From: Candidatus Woesearchaeota archaeon
Lineage (GTDB): Archaea; Nanobdellota; Nanobdellia; UBA10117; ARS21
Assembly (NCBI GenBank): GCA_038128845.1
Contig: JAYPKL010000004.1
Coordinates: forward strand, 1 to 43,716
Reading direction: 5' to 3'
DNA length: 43,716 nt
The notes under the pieces were generated by a model. The model made no database searches, was not told the origin of the DNA, and saw only the letters and a list, made by a program, of their open reading frames with translations. Shown here one piece after another: positions 1-8,394 of this stretch (positions are counted from its first letter, which is position 1; each line of letters begins with the position of its first letter). A program made the translations under genes and the position numbers.

Positions 1-346
1 GAGTAACAACTAACCAATGCTCACCAAAAGCCGCAATATCTCCATCTGTTGCATCAACAGTTTTTTTGATTTTGTCAATAACTCTCTTTAAACCAATTGA
101 ATCTTTGTCTTTCAAAGGCAACATATTTACAATTGCGATAGTTGATCCGGAACGGATAGCATCTAAAATATCTTTAGATGAATCAAAATTTTCAATTCTA
201 AAAGTTCGAACTAATAATTTTGAATTATTATTTACTTGATTTGAGTTATCAATTTGTACATAATCTTCTGTTAAAGTTGCATCTTCGGAAGTATTTAGTA
301 TATTTCCAAAGGAAAATTTATCTTTAAATCTATTGAACGGATTCAT
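1..346 (-). CDS. sepF: Cell division protein SepF (archaeal type), 3' end runs off window
   Basis: Not in ORF track; manual translation from ATG at 346: MNPFNRFKDK...EDYVQID...LLVRTFRIENFDSSKDILDAIRSGSTIAIVNMLPLKDKDSIGLKRVIDKIKKTVDATDGDIAAFGEHWLVVT(P), the archaeal SepF pattern (GDIA...LVVTP). Confidence 0.85.
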   Translation of the reverse strand, partial: MNPFNRFKDKFSFGNILNTSEDATLTEDYVQIDNSNQVNNNSKLLVRTFRIENFDSSKDILDAIRSGSTIAIVNMLPLKDKDSIGLKRVIDKIKKTVDATDGDIAAFGEHWLVVT

Positions 347-399
347 ATAAATCTTTAATATTTCATATTATAAATATTATTATGCTAGTGAATAGAATA

Positions 400-642
400 T
401 TATTCTTCTAAAATTGAAGATAGATTCCAGATTTGAGTTCTTGAAAAAGATTCTATATTTGGGTCATCTGATATTTCTGATAATATATCTTTTGCTCCAT
501 TGATTACTTGTTCAACATTTGTAGAACTATCGCTTAATTGATTTGATATAAAAACTAGTTTTTCTTTAACATTTTTTGGAAGATATTTATCTTCATCTAT
601 TAATTCTATAAGTAATTCTTTGAACTCAATTAGATTTTTCAT
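400..642 (-). CDS. UPF0147 family protein
   Basis: D..LPKNVK and L.EISDDPNI....RTQIWNL.S.LE motifs. Confidence 0.85.
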   Translation of the reverse strand: MKNLIEFKELLIELIDEDKYLPKNVKEKLVFISNQLSDSSTNVEQVINGAKDILSEISDDPNIESFSRTQIWNLSSILEE

Positions 643-964
643 CTTTTAATGACTCCTGTATTTTTGATTGAATTTCTTCACTCTTTTTTGATAATTTTTC
701 AATTTGTTTATTAATAATTACCAAGTTTGCAGATAATTGAGTTTTTTGTAATTCAAGGTCTTTAATTACTTCTTTAGGATCTTTTGGAATCATTATAGAA
801 CCGATAATAGAATAAACTTTGTCTTCAACTTTGCTTGCTTCAGTAATTGAAGTTTCAATTTCTTTTATTGAAAATTCCATTTGTCTACTTTGTGTGTCAA
901 ATATGTGCAATCTTTGTTGTAAAATATTTAATTCGTTTAAATCTTCGTTTAATTTATTTTCCAT
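626..964 (-). CDS. pfdB: Prefoldin beta subunit
   Basis: Coiled coil - VYSIIGSIMI beta hairpin - coiled coil; conserved position after pcc1. Confidence 0.85.
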   Translation of the reverse strand: MENKLNEDLNELNILQQRLHIFDTQSRQMEFSIKEIETSITEASKVEDKVYSIIGSIMIPKDPKEVIKDLELQKTQLSANLVIINKQIEKLSKKSEEIQSKIQESLKDEKSN

Positions 965-1193
965 TTTTTAATTTCCAGGTTTTTTCAACAATTGACATTA
1001 AACCAGATAAGTTTGTAACAATTGCTCTAAATACTATTACATCTTTAGCTGTAATATTAATTTTTAAATCCTTCCCCAGTTCCATTTCATAAAAACCTCT
1101 GTCATTTTTGAAATTTTGTTCGGGAAGAAGGGCTTCATAAAATAAATTAAGATATTTTTTAGAACCTTTTAGAATAATTGTTGATTCAATCAT
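954..1193 (-). CDS. pcc1: KEOPS complex subunit Pcc1
   Basis: YEALLPE, LKINITAKD...FRAIV motif; rpoP-pcc1-pfdB synteny. Confidence 0.85.
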   Translation of the reverse strand: MIESTIILKGSKKYLNLFYEALLPEQNFKNDRGFYEMELGKDLKINITAKDVIVFRAIVTNLSGLMSIVEKTWKLKNGK

Positions 1194-1327
1194 CTTGCCT
1201 TTACAGGTTTATTGTTTAAAGATCTTGCCTTGAATAAAACTCTTGATGAACAATAAGGGCAGATAACTCTATGTCTAATTTGATCTTCTTTAATTGACTT
1301 TGAACAGTTTTGACATACATATACCAT
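1190..1327 (-). CDS. rpoP: RNA polymerase subunit P (Rpo12)
   Basis: MVYVCQNC...VICPYCSSRVLFKAR...VKAR zinc ribbon; ATG at 1327 directly after the rpl37ae stop (the ORF track start at 1384 is too long). Confidence 0.93.
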   Translation of the reverse strand: MVYVCQNCSKSIKEDQIRHRVICPYCSSRVLFKARSLNNKPVKAR

Positions 1328-1328
1328 T

Positions 1329-1550
1329 TTATTCTGATGTTGCCGGAGAATAAGCTTTTCCGGTAAATTTAGCTTCGCAACCATTACAGTACCAGATTCC
1401 TACGGATAATCTTTTAACTTTGGATTTAAGGCAGTAAGGACATTTGTGTTTTGCTCTTTGAGATATTTCGGAATTTAATAATCTTTGTTTGATTCTTCTA
1501 CCGTATCTTGCACCGAATCTACCTGCGGATGCTAATTTTTTAAGTTTCAT
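1329..1550 (-). CDS. rpl37ae: 50S ribosomal protein L37ae (eL43)
   Basis: AGRFGARYG, CPYC...VKR..VGIW.C..C...F.G.AY. Confidence 0.97.
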   Translation of the reverse strand: MKLKKLASAGRFGARYGRRIKQRLLNSEISQRAKHKCPYCLKSKVKRLSVGIWYCNGCEAKFTGKAYSPATSE

Positions 1551-1588
1551 ATTGAATTGTATGTGTAGTATTTATAAGGTTTTTTATA

Positions 1589-1661
1589 TGCGCCGACCGG
1601 GATTTGAACCCGGGTCACCAGCTTGGAAGGCTAGAATGATACCAGACTACACCATCGACGC
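1589..1661 (-). tRNA. tRNA-Gly(TCC)
   Basis: GCGTCGA...CTAGC CTTCCAA GCTGG...CCGGG TTCAAAT CCCGG TCGGCGC A cloverleaf; no intron, no encoded CCA. Confidence 0.96.
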
Positions 1662-1726
1662 ACATTAATTTTCATTAATTTCTATTTAAAAAGTTAACCT
1701 TTAAAATTAATAAATTGAAATTCTAT

Positions 1727-2356
1727 ATGAAAGTATTAACCATAGTGGCACATCCGGATGATGAGGTTTTAGGATGCGGAGGAACATTAGCACACTATAA
1801 TGAAAAAGGTTACCAAACTAAAGTTTTAATTTTTACTAACGGAGAAAATTCTAATTTAATTAAAGATTCAACAGAACTTGCAAAAACAAGAAAAAAAGAA
1901 TCTAGATCTGCATTAAAAATATTGGGCACAGAGGATGTTTATTTTATGAACTTACCGGACAATACATTGAAAAAAGAATTAAAAGACAAATTGATTATTA
2001 AAAAAATACAAAAACAAATTGAAGAATACAAACCGGATATAATTTTGACTCATTCTGATGATGATTATCATCCTGCACATAGAAATGTTGGTAAATTAGT
2101 TAAATTTTTGACAAAAAATGAAAAAATAAGAATATATACTTTTTATATTGGAATACCTATAAAAGCAACTAAAAAAAATAATCCAAAATTAATTATAGAT
2201 ATAACTCAATATATGGATAAAAAAAATAAAGCCTTAAGAGAATATAAATCTCAAAAATTTAATTTTAATTATTTCAAAAATTTATCTCTACTTAAGGATT
2301 TAATACATGGTTTTTATAATAATAAAAAAAATGCAGAGGTATTTTACAAATGGTGA
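1727..2356 (+). CDS. PIG-L/LmbE family N-acetylglucosaminyl deacetylase
   Basis: VAHPDDEVLGCGGTL, R..E, D.HPAH motifs; ATG 1727 preferred from TATA spacing. Confidence 0.92.
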   Translation: MKVLTIVAHPDDEVLGCGGTLAHYNEKGYQTKVLIFTNGENSNLIKDSTELAKTRKKESRSALKILGTEDVYFMNLPDNTLKKELKDKLIIKKIQKQIEEYKPDIILTHSDDDYHPAHRNVGKLVKFLTKNEKIRIYTFYIGIPIKATKKNNPKLIIDITQYMDKKNKALREYKSQKFNFNYFKNLSLLKDLIHGFYNNKKNAEVFYKW

Positions 2357-3507
2357 ATATACTGGTTGTTTCAGATACTTTTTATCCAAGAATGGATGGA
2401 ATAATAAGATTTATGACTGAATTAAATAAAAATATAAGAAATAAATACAATCTTAAATTCTTAATACCTGAACTTGAAAATTCAGAATATTTTATTAAAA
2501 AATATAATTTTAATGTTGAATATTGTCCTACATTTAATTTTTCAATTGCAGAATTTAATCCAGCTAAACCTGTTAAAAAAATAATAACTGATGAAATTAA
2601 TAAAGCAGATATTATTTTTGTAAATACTCCTGGCGGACCTCTGGGAATATCTTCCATTTATCGTGCAAAAAAATTAAATAAAAAAGTTATAGGATATGCA
2701 CATACGATTGATTGGGAATTATTTCCAATTTTTGGAGATGCATTTATGTTATTTAATAAAAAAATTAATTTAACTTCAAAATCAATTTCAAGAATAATAA
2801 ACCCGTTATTAAAACGATCTTATAACAAACTTGATCTAATTTTGTATCCTAATGAAAAAATAAAAAAAATCTACAAAGATTTTGGAATTAAAGTTAATTC
2901 AAAAATATTAAGTCTTGGTGTGGATAAAAAAAGATTCAAAAAAAATTATTTAGATAAGTTAATTACAAAAAAAGAACTTAACTTGAGTAAGGAATACATT
3001 TTTGGTTATCATGGAAGATTAAGTAAAGAAAAAAATATTGAATTATTAATAAATAGTTTTAAAGAAATAAATAAAAAATATAATAATACTAAATTACTTT
3101 TAATGGGTGATGGTCCTGAAAGAAAACTGATTGATGATGAAAATATTATCTTTTTAGGAAAAGTAGAAAATCCTGAAAAATATCTAAATATAGTTGATTG
3201 TTATCTTTTATTATCTGAAACAGAAACTAGTTCTTTAAGCTTGATGGAAGTTATATCGATGAATATACCATTTATAACAAGTAAGTTGGATATTATAGAT
3301 AAAAAAATAGATAAAAAAAATTATACTGAATTAAATAAAAGTCAATTAAAACCAAAAATAATTAGCAAATTTATGGAAGAAAAAATGAATAACAAATTTC
3401 ATACTAAATTTAAATCAACTTTAGTTAAGCAACAGTCCAAAATTAAAAATTGGAATCAAATAATTTTAAAATTAGAAAAAATATTTGATGAAATAATAAA
3501 AAATTAG
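2350..3507 (+). CDS. Glycosyltransferase family 4 (GT-B)
   Basis: SDTFYPRMDGI N-terminus, GRLSKEKN, GDGPER, S.TET.SLSLME. Confidence 0.9.
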   Translation: MVNILVVSDTFYPRMDGIIRFMTELNKNIRNKYNLKFLIPELENSEYFIKKYNFNVEYCPTFNFSIAEFNPAKPVKKIITDEINKADIIFVNTPGGPLGISSIYRAKKLNKKVIGYAHTIDWELFPIFGDAFMLFNKKINLTSKSISRIINPLLKRSYNKLDLILYPNEKIKKIYKDFGIKVNSKILSLGVDKKRFKKNYLDKLITKKELNLSKEYIFGYHGRLSKEKNIELLINSFKEINKKYNNTKLLLMGDGPERKLIDDENIIFLGKVENPEKYLNIVDCYLLLSETETSSLSLMEVISMNIPFITSKLDIIDKKIDKKNYTELNKSQLKPKIISKFMEEKMNNKFHTKFKSTLVKQQSKIKNWNQIILKLEKIFDEIIKN

Positions 3508-3581
3508 GACTCGTAGCTCAGCATGGATAGAGCACTTCCCTCCTAAGGAAGGGGTCGAGGGTTCAAATCCCTTCGAGTCCG
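3507..3581 (+). tRNA. tRNA-Arg(CCT)
   Basis: GGACTCG TAGCTCAG...CTTCC CTCCTAA GGAAG...GAGGG TTCAAAT CCCTT CGAGTCC G. Confidence 0.96.
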
Positions 3582-3586
3582 TAAAA

Positions 3587-4858
3587 TTATTTTTTATTTA
3601 CTTTTTTGGAATTTCTTTTCTTTAAATTTGGCTTATTATTTCCTGAGTTAAAATTTCTTTTTCTAAATTTGCTATTTTTATTTCCTGATTTAAAATTTCT
3701 TTTTCTAAATTTGCTATTTTTATTTCCTGATTTAAACTCTATTATAGGAAAATCTACTAGATTTAGTTTTTCAATTTTTAAATTATATTCTTTTAGTATT
3801 CTAGAAAATACGTTTTTATCTTGTCTACTTAGTAAAGTATATGCTTTACCTTTTTTTCCACCCCTTGCAGTTCTACCGACTCTATGTATATATTCTTGGG
3901 GATCCTTAGAAAGATCGTAATTAAAAATATGAGAAACTTGTTTTATATCTAAACCTCTTGCTGCAACAGGTGACGCAACCAATATTTTTTGTTTAACATC
4001 ATTAAATTGATTAATTGATTTTATTCTTTTATTTTGATTCATTTTTCCGTGAATAATACCTGCATCAATTCCATTTGATATTAAATTTTTATGTACCATT
4101 TTAACAGTACTTACTGATGAACAAAAAACAATCACTTGTTTAGAATCTTCAGTTTTTAATAAATGTGTTAATAATGAAAACTTATTCTGTTTTTTAACGT
4201 TGTAATAATATTGCTTAAGTAAATCTTGAGATACATTAACTTCTGACTCTGCAACCGAAGGTTTATTCATATAATTATTTATTATATAATTTATCTCGTC
4301 AGAAATGGTTGCGCCAAATAAAATGATTTGTTTATTTTTTGGAGTAAAATTTAATATTTTTTCAATATCTTTGATAAAACCCATATCTACCATTTGGTCA
4401 GCTTCATCAAGAACAAAACTATTTATCTTTGATAAATCTAAATTGTAATTTGTTAAATGATCTATTATTCTTCCGGGAGTTCCAATAATTATATCTGCTT
4501 TTTTAATATCTTTAATTTGCTTTTTTATAGATGATCCTCCGTAAACTGTTGCATAGTTTAAATGTTTATATTTGCTAAATTTAGAAAATTCATTAGATAT
4601 TTGAATTGCCAATTCTCGAGTGGGAGCCAATACTAATGATTTAATATGATTGGAATGATTATTCATATTTACTATAGGAATTCCAAATGCTCCCGTCTTT
4701 CCTGAACCGGTTTTTGATTTTCCAATTATATCTTTTCCGGACAAAATTATTGGTATTGACTTTATTTGTATATCGCTAGGTTCAATAATATTTTCTTCCT
4801 TTAAAGCTCGAACAATGTTTTGTTCTATTCCTAATTCTGTAAATGTTTTTTTAACCAT
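3587..4858 (-). CDS. DEAD-box RNA helicase with basic C-terminal tail
   Basis: TGSGKT, PTRELA, TPGR, LDEAD, ARGLD, HRVGRTAR; likely start MVKKTF at 4858. Confidence 0.96.
   Translation of the reverse strand: MVKKTFTELGIEQNIVRALKEENIIEPSDIQIKSIPIILSGKDIIGKSKTGSGKTGAFGIPIVNMNNHSNHIKSLVLAPTRELAIQISNEFSKFSKYKHLNYATVYGGSSIKKQIKDIKKADIIIGTPGRIIDHLTNYNLDLSKINSFVLDEADQMVDMGFIKDIEKILNFTPKNKQIILFGATISDEINYIINNYMNKPSVAESEVNVSQDLLKQYYYNVKKQNKFSLLTHLLKTEDSKQVIVFCSSVSTVKMVHKNLISNGIDAGIIHGKMNQNKRIKSINQFNDVKQKILVASPVAARGLDIKQVSHIFNYDLSKDPQEYIHRVGRTARGGKKGKAYTLLSRQDKNVFSRILKEYNLKIEKLNLVDFPIIEFKSGNKNSKFRKRNFKSGNKNSKFRKRNFNSGNNKPNLKKRNSKKVNKK
3609..3734. repeat. 42-bp in-frame tandem repeat (2 exact copies + 1 degenerate) in helicase tail
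   Basis: aaatttctttttctaaatttgctatttttatttcctgattta at 3651-3692 and 3693-3734, degenerate copy 3609-3650; encodes KSGNKNSKFRKRNF. Confidence 0.9.
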
Positions 4859-4904
4859 CTTTATATTGAAATAAATGTACAAATATATTATTTCAAATAT
4901 AATT

Positions 4905-4928
4905 AGAACTTTACTTCCTCAAAGTTCT
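4905..4928. promoter_or_regulatory. 8-8-8 inverted repeat at predicted helicase TSS
   Basis: AGAACTTT-acttcctc-AAAGTTCT; minus-strand TTTATATA at 4940-4947. Confidence 0.4.
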
Positions 4929-4962
4929 GTTTTGTTGAGTATATAAATGTTGTCTATTTGTA

Positions 4963-6582
4963 TTAAGCAAATTTAATTTCATTGCGATTTCTAAATGCAT
5001 TTGAAATCTCTTTTCCTAGGCCACTTTTTTTAGAAACTTTTAACGATTTACCTTTATTTAATGGTAATTTTGTAACTAAAGTATTATTTATTATTACTTC
5101 AACAGATTTAACTGGAGTAAAAAATAAAAATTCAAAATATTTTGAAGTTTCTATTAGTCTCCATCTCATTTGTCTTTTTTCATTAAGTTTTTTATTTTTT
5201 ATAATTTCAATTGGCATAACAACTGTTGAATCTCCATATGAATAAATTTCATACTCTAAATTATCTGTATCAAAATCAAAAACATCAACAACTGGTCTTG
5301 CTAAATCTTTTTCTCTCATTCCCGTAGGAACTTTGACTCCCATTCTTATTCCATAAATTTTTTCCACAGAACCATTTTTAATAAAAATAACAGTATCTAT
5401 AATTGATGGAATCATACCTACTTCGATTTTACCAATAAATCTTTGTATAGAATCTATTGGATTTGAAGCATGTACTACTCCTACCATTCCAACACCTGCA
5501 AGTCTCATATCTGAAAATAATTCAAAGTCTTTTAGATTTCTTACTTCATCATAAAGAGTATAATCTGGACGAGTTAATAATAAAATATCTCTTAACTCAT
5601 CGTGAGATCCTTTATTCAATGAATATTGAGTTATTTCGGGAGGTAGTTGCATATCTCTTGGTGATTCAAGTGATTTTACAACTTTGTTATTTTGAGAATA
5701 TTTATTCGCAAGAGATTGTGCAAAAGTTGATTTGCCGCTACCCGGACTTCCTGAAATTAAAATACCTTCTGCTCTTGAATCAAGTCTATCTAGTACTTTT
5801 GAAGATAACCGATAATCAGACAAATTTAATTTTTTTACCGGTCTAACTATTGTAATTTCCCATGCATCAGACAGAGGAGGTTTTGTTATTACAATTCTAA
5901 AATTTTTTATTTGAGCGATTACGGATCCTCTTTTATTTGTTTCAATAAATGAGTTTTTCAAATATCTTGCAGACTCAATTATTTCATCAGAAATTAATTT
6001 AATTTCTTTATCGTTTAATTTTTTATTATTAACTTTAATGAATTCCCATTTTCCTGGCCAACCTTTTTTTGCTTTAATAAATTCGTCTTCTTTAATATGA
6101 AGTGACATAAAATCTTCGCTAAAATATTTTTCAAAACTTAACTTTATTTTTGATTTTTTTTCGATATATATAGTTTCTATTCCCAATGTTTTGCCAACTT
6201 CAGATTGAACAAAATCAGAAGTTATAAGTTTTGCAGACTCATGATGAGCCAAGTCTCTAATTAATGAGTCTATACTTCCTTGTTTTGCATTTCTTATATT
6301 TTCTTGATTTGGGCTATTTCCAGAAAATTTAATTATAAAATTATTTTTTTTAGAAATTTCTTGAAGATTCTTTATTTCATCAAGTCCTAAAAATCCTGTA
6401 TCTTTATTTTGATTGGCTTGATTTTCTAACTCTGCTATTGAAGCATTATGAATTATCAATTCAGAAATATTAAAATCGGAAATATTTTTGGATATATGAT
6501 TATCAATTAAAATACTAGTATCTGGAACTAACTTATATTTTTTTACGATTATTTTCCACCCAATTAACAAAGTCTTTGACAA
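4963..6582 (-). CDS. PINc/VapC-domain ATPase (PINA family)
   Basis: N-terminal VPDTS PIN motif, ELENQAN, Walker A GSPGSGKS, RPDYTLYDEVR, DMRLAGVGMVGVVHA, DLARPV; start codon uncertain. Confidence 0.92.
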   Translation of the reverse strand: MSKTLLIGWKIIVKKYKLVPDTSILIDNHISKNISDFNISELIIHNASIAELENQANQNKDTGFLGLDEIKNLQEISKKNNFIIKFSGNSPNQENIRNAKQGSIDSLIRDLAHHESAKLITSDFVQSEVGKTLGIETIYIEKKSKIKLSFEKYFSEDFMSLHIKEDEFIKAKKGWPGKWEFIKVNNKKLNDKEIKLISDEIIESARYLKNSFIETNKRGSVIAQIKNFRIVITKPPLSDAWEITIVRPVKKLNLSDYRLSSKVLDRLDSRAEGILISGSPGSGKSTFAQSLANKYSQNNKVVKSLESPRDMQLPPEITQYSLNKGSHDELRDILLLTRPDYTLYDEVRNLKDFELFSDMRLAGVGMVGVVHASNPIDSIQRFIGKIEVGMIPSIIDTVIFIKNGSVEKIYGIRMGVKVPTGMREKDLARPVVDVFDFDTDNLEYEIYSYGDSTVVMPIEIIKNKKLNEKRQMRWRLIETSKYFEFLFFTPVKSVEVIINNTLVTKLPLNKGKSLKVSKKSGLGKEISNAFRNRNEIKFA

Positions 6583-6868
6583 TATTTAAAGCATTTGTAG
6601 CAGAACCATAAGAAGAATATTCTGAATTAATCAATTTATAATAAAAATTGTAAAAATTTGAATGTTCTGAGTTTAATTTATTAAAAGTCTTAATTACAAG
6701 ATCTTTATCTTTTAATTCCTCGTCCGAAATTTGCAAATATGATTTGATTGCTAACTTGGATGCAGAAATTATATGGTTGGTTGCACCAGTAACAAAATTT
6801 TCAGAACTCTCTCTACTTAATAAATAATCTGCAAAAACTAATTTTCTTTTTGCTTCAATCAGACTCAT
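6533..6868 (-). CDS. Hypothetical helical protein, HEPN-like N-terminus
   Basis: EAKRKLVFADYLL helix; overlaps both neighbours in an operon. Confidence 0.6.
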   Translation of the reverse strand: MSLIEAKRKLVFADYLLSRESSENFVTGATNHIISASKLAIKSYLQISDEELKDKDLVIKTFNKLNSEHSNFYNFYYKLINSEYSSYGSATNALNIVKDFVNWVENNRKKI

Positions 6869-7328
6869 TTAAAATTTCCCCCACTTTTGCAATAAATTCT
6901 TGAGATTGATCAAAATAAGTTTTTAATGTGTTTAAATTGTAAGTCCTTGTATCAAAATTACTATCTGCAATAACAAAATTAGAATCTTGTCTGTAATGAA
7001 TGGAGCTTGATTTAAGTGAGTTATCTAATTCAACCATTTTTCTAAGAAATCCTTTAACAAATGGAGTAAATTCTCTTCTTTCGTATACTTTAGTATTAAA
7101 TATTTCAGTTAAAACAGAAAATTGTTTAGGGAAAGGTTCTATATTTTTTATTGATCGCTCATATAGCATCAAAGATTCTAAACTTTTTTTAACGGCATTA
7201 AGTAACTTTGATGTAACGCTCATTATAAAATTTGAATCCTTTGATATATTATAAGTAACATAAAGTAAATGTTCTGCAGAATCTAAATCTAATTTGGAAC
7301 TATTATAGAGCTCTCTATACTCGGCCAT
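6855..7328 (-). CDS. Hypothetical protein, HEPN-like helical fold
   Basis: SKLDLDSAEHLLYVTY...D..F...V motif; C-terminal F..KV..IL helix. Confidence 0.65.
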   Translation of the reverse strand: MAEYRELYNSSKLDLDSAEHLLYVTYNISKDSNFIMSVTSKLLNAVKKSLESLMLYERSIKNIEPFPKQFSVLTEIFNTKVYERREFTPFVKGFLRKMVELDNSLKSSSIHYRQDSNFVIADSNFDTRTYNLNTLKTYFDQSQEFIAKVGEILNESD

Positions 7329-7389
7329 ATTAAATTTTCATATTTTGATATAAAAACTTATATATGCTATAATATTTAGAAAAAAATGT

Positions 7390-7463
7390 GCTTCAGTAGC
7401 TCAGTCTGGTAGAGCACTTGTTTCGTAAACAAGGGGTCGCAGGTTCAAATCCTGTCTGTGGCA
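7390..7463 (+). tRNA. tRNA-Thr(CGT)
   Basis: GCTTCAG TAGCTCAGTCTGGTAGAGC A CTTGT TTCGTAA ACAAG...GCAGG TTCAAAT CCTGT CTGTGGC A; BRE/TATA AAAAACTTATATA upstream. Confidence 0.93.
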
Positions 7464-8174
7464 TTATCCTAAATAACTTAAATTATCCTTATTTTTTTCT
7501 TCTGAGCCATTAAGACTTAACTTAACAAGATCTTTTAATTTATTTTCAAATTCTTCTGCTTGTTTAATTAATGGAGTTGGATCAATTTTTAGACCAAGAT
7601 ATGCATCAAGATATTTAATTAATTCTGCAGAACTTCTTGAATCAGGCATTCCTGCACTAGTTTCAGCAAAAAGAAAAGTTGAGTTTACATGTTCGGATCT
7701 TAACATTAATGCTCCAGTAACTCCGGTAACTGCTCCATTTTCTAATTTTTCAACTCCCATTTTAAGAAATTCTTTTTCAGAATTCGAATCATTAGACCTT
7801 ATGAATACTCTCGATAGTTGATCATCTAATGGAGAAACAACTCCTTCCAAACTAATAATTTCTTTTGCATTAAGAGTTTTTGCAAGTTCAAGAATTGTAT
7901 CTGCTATATCCCATTCCATTCCTCGAATTCCCGTTATTGCATGAATAAAAACTATATTTTCTTTTTTAGCATAATAAATCTCCATAAGTCTTCTTGTTTG
8001 ATTTTTATACAACATGGCTACTGGCGGAATTTTTTCATCAAAAATAAGTCCAATTGGTTTTGCATCAAGATGATTAATCATATATTCTACTGTTATTGTA
8101 CCGACATAACCGATTCCCGGAAAACCTTCGACAATAATAGGTCTTTTAGGTTTCTCATGAAGAATTAATTCCAT
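7464..8174 (-). CDS. Proteasome assembly chaperone PAC2 family protein
   Basis: IVEGFPGIGYVG, G.TGALM, PDSRSSAELI, L...AEEFE. Confidence 0.93.
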   Translation of the reverse strand: MELILHEKPKRPIIVEGFPGIGYVGTITVEYMINHLDAKPIGLIFDEKIPPVAMLYKNQTRRLMEIYYAKKENIVFIHAITGIRGMEWDIADTILELAKTLNAKEIISLEGVVSPLDDQLSRVFIRSNDSNSEKEFLKMGVEKLENGAVTGVTGALMLRSEHVNSTFLFAETSAGMPDSRSSAELIKYLDAYLGLKIDPTPLIKQAEEFENKLKDLVKLSLNGSEEKNKDNLSYLG

Positions 8175-8222
8175 ATAGAGTAAGGTTTCTAATTTATTAT
8201 AAATCTTATCGAATCAGAAATC

Positions 8223-8230
8223 TTTATAAA
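8223..8230 (+). promoter_or_regulatory. TATA box of 5S rRNA gene (preceded by purine-rich BRE)
   Basis: cagaaatcTTTATAAA about 20 nt before the 5S start; back-to-back with the PAC2 TATA at 8196-8203. Confidence 0.7.
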
Positions 8231-8250
8231 TGTAATAAAAATAACTTTAT

Positions 8251-8366
8251 TGTCAGCGGTCAAAGCGAACAGGTAACACCCGTTCCCATTTCGAACACGG
8301 AAGTTAAGTTGTTCTACGTTTTTGTCGGTACTGCACAAGTGTGGGAAAGCAAGAAAGCTGCTGACA
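8251..8366 (+). rRNA. rrf: 5S rRNA (standalone)
   Basis: TGTCAGCGG/CTGCTGACA terminal helix; ACACCCGTTCCCATTTCGAACACGGAAGTTAAG; GGTACTG...TGGGAAAGC; about 116 nt. Confidence 0.95.
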
Positions 8367-8394
8367 TTTATATATATCCTTTTTGTAATAAAAT

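Noticed and set aside
1328-1384. N-terminal extension of RpoP in the ORF track
   Set aside because: Overlaps rpl37ae; the ATG at 1327 gives a canonical 45-aa RpoP
3609-3734. Possible CRISPR array
   Set aside because: Head-to-tail repeats without spacers, in frame within a CDS, and no cas genes
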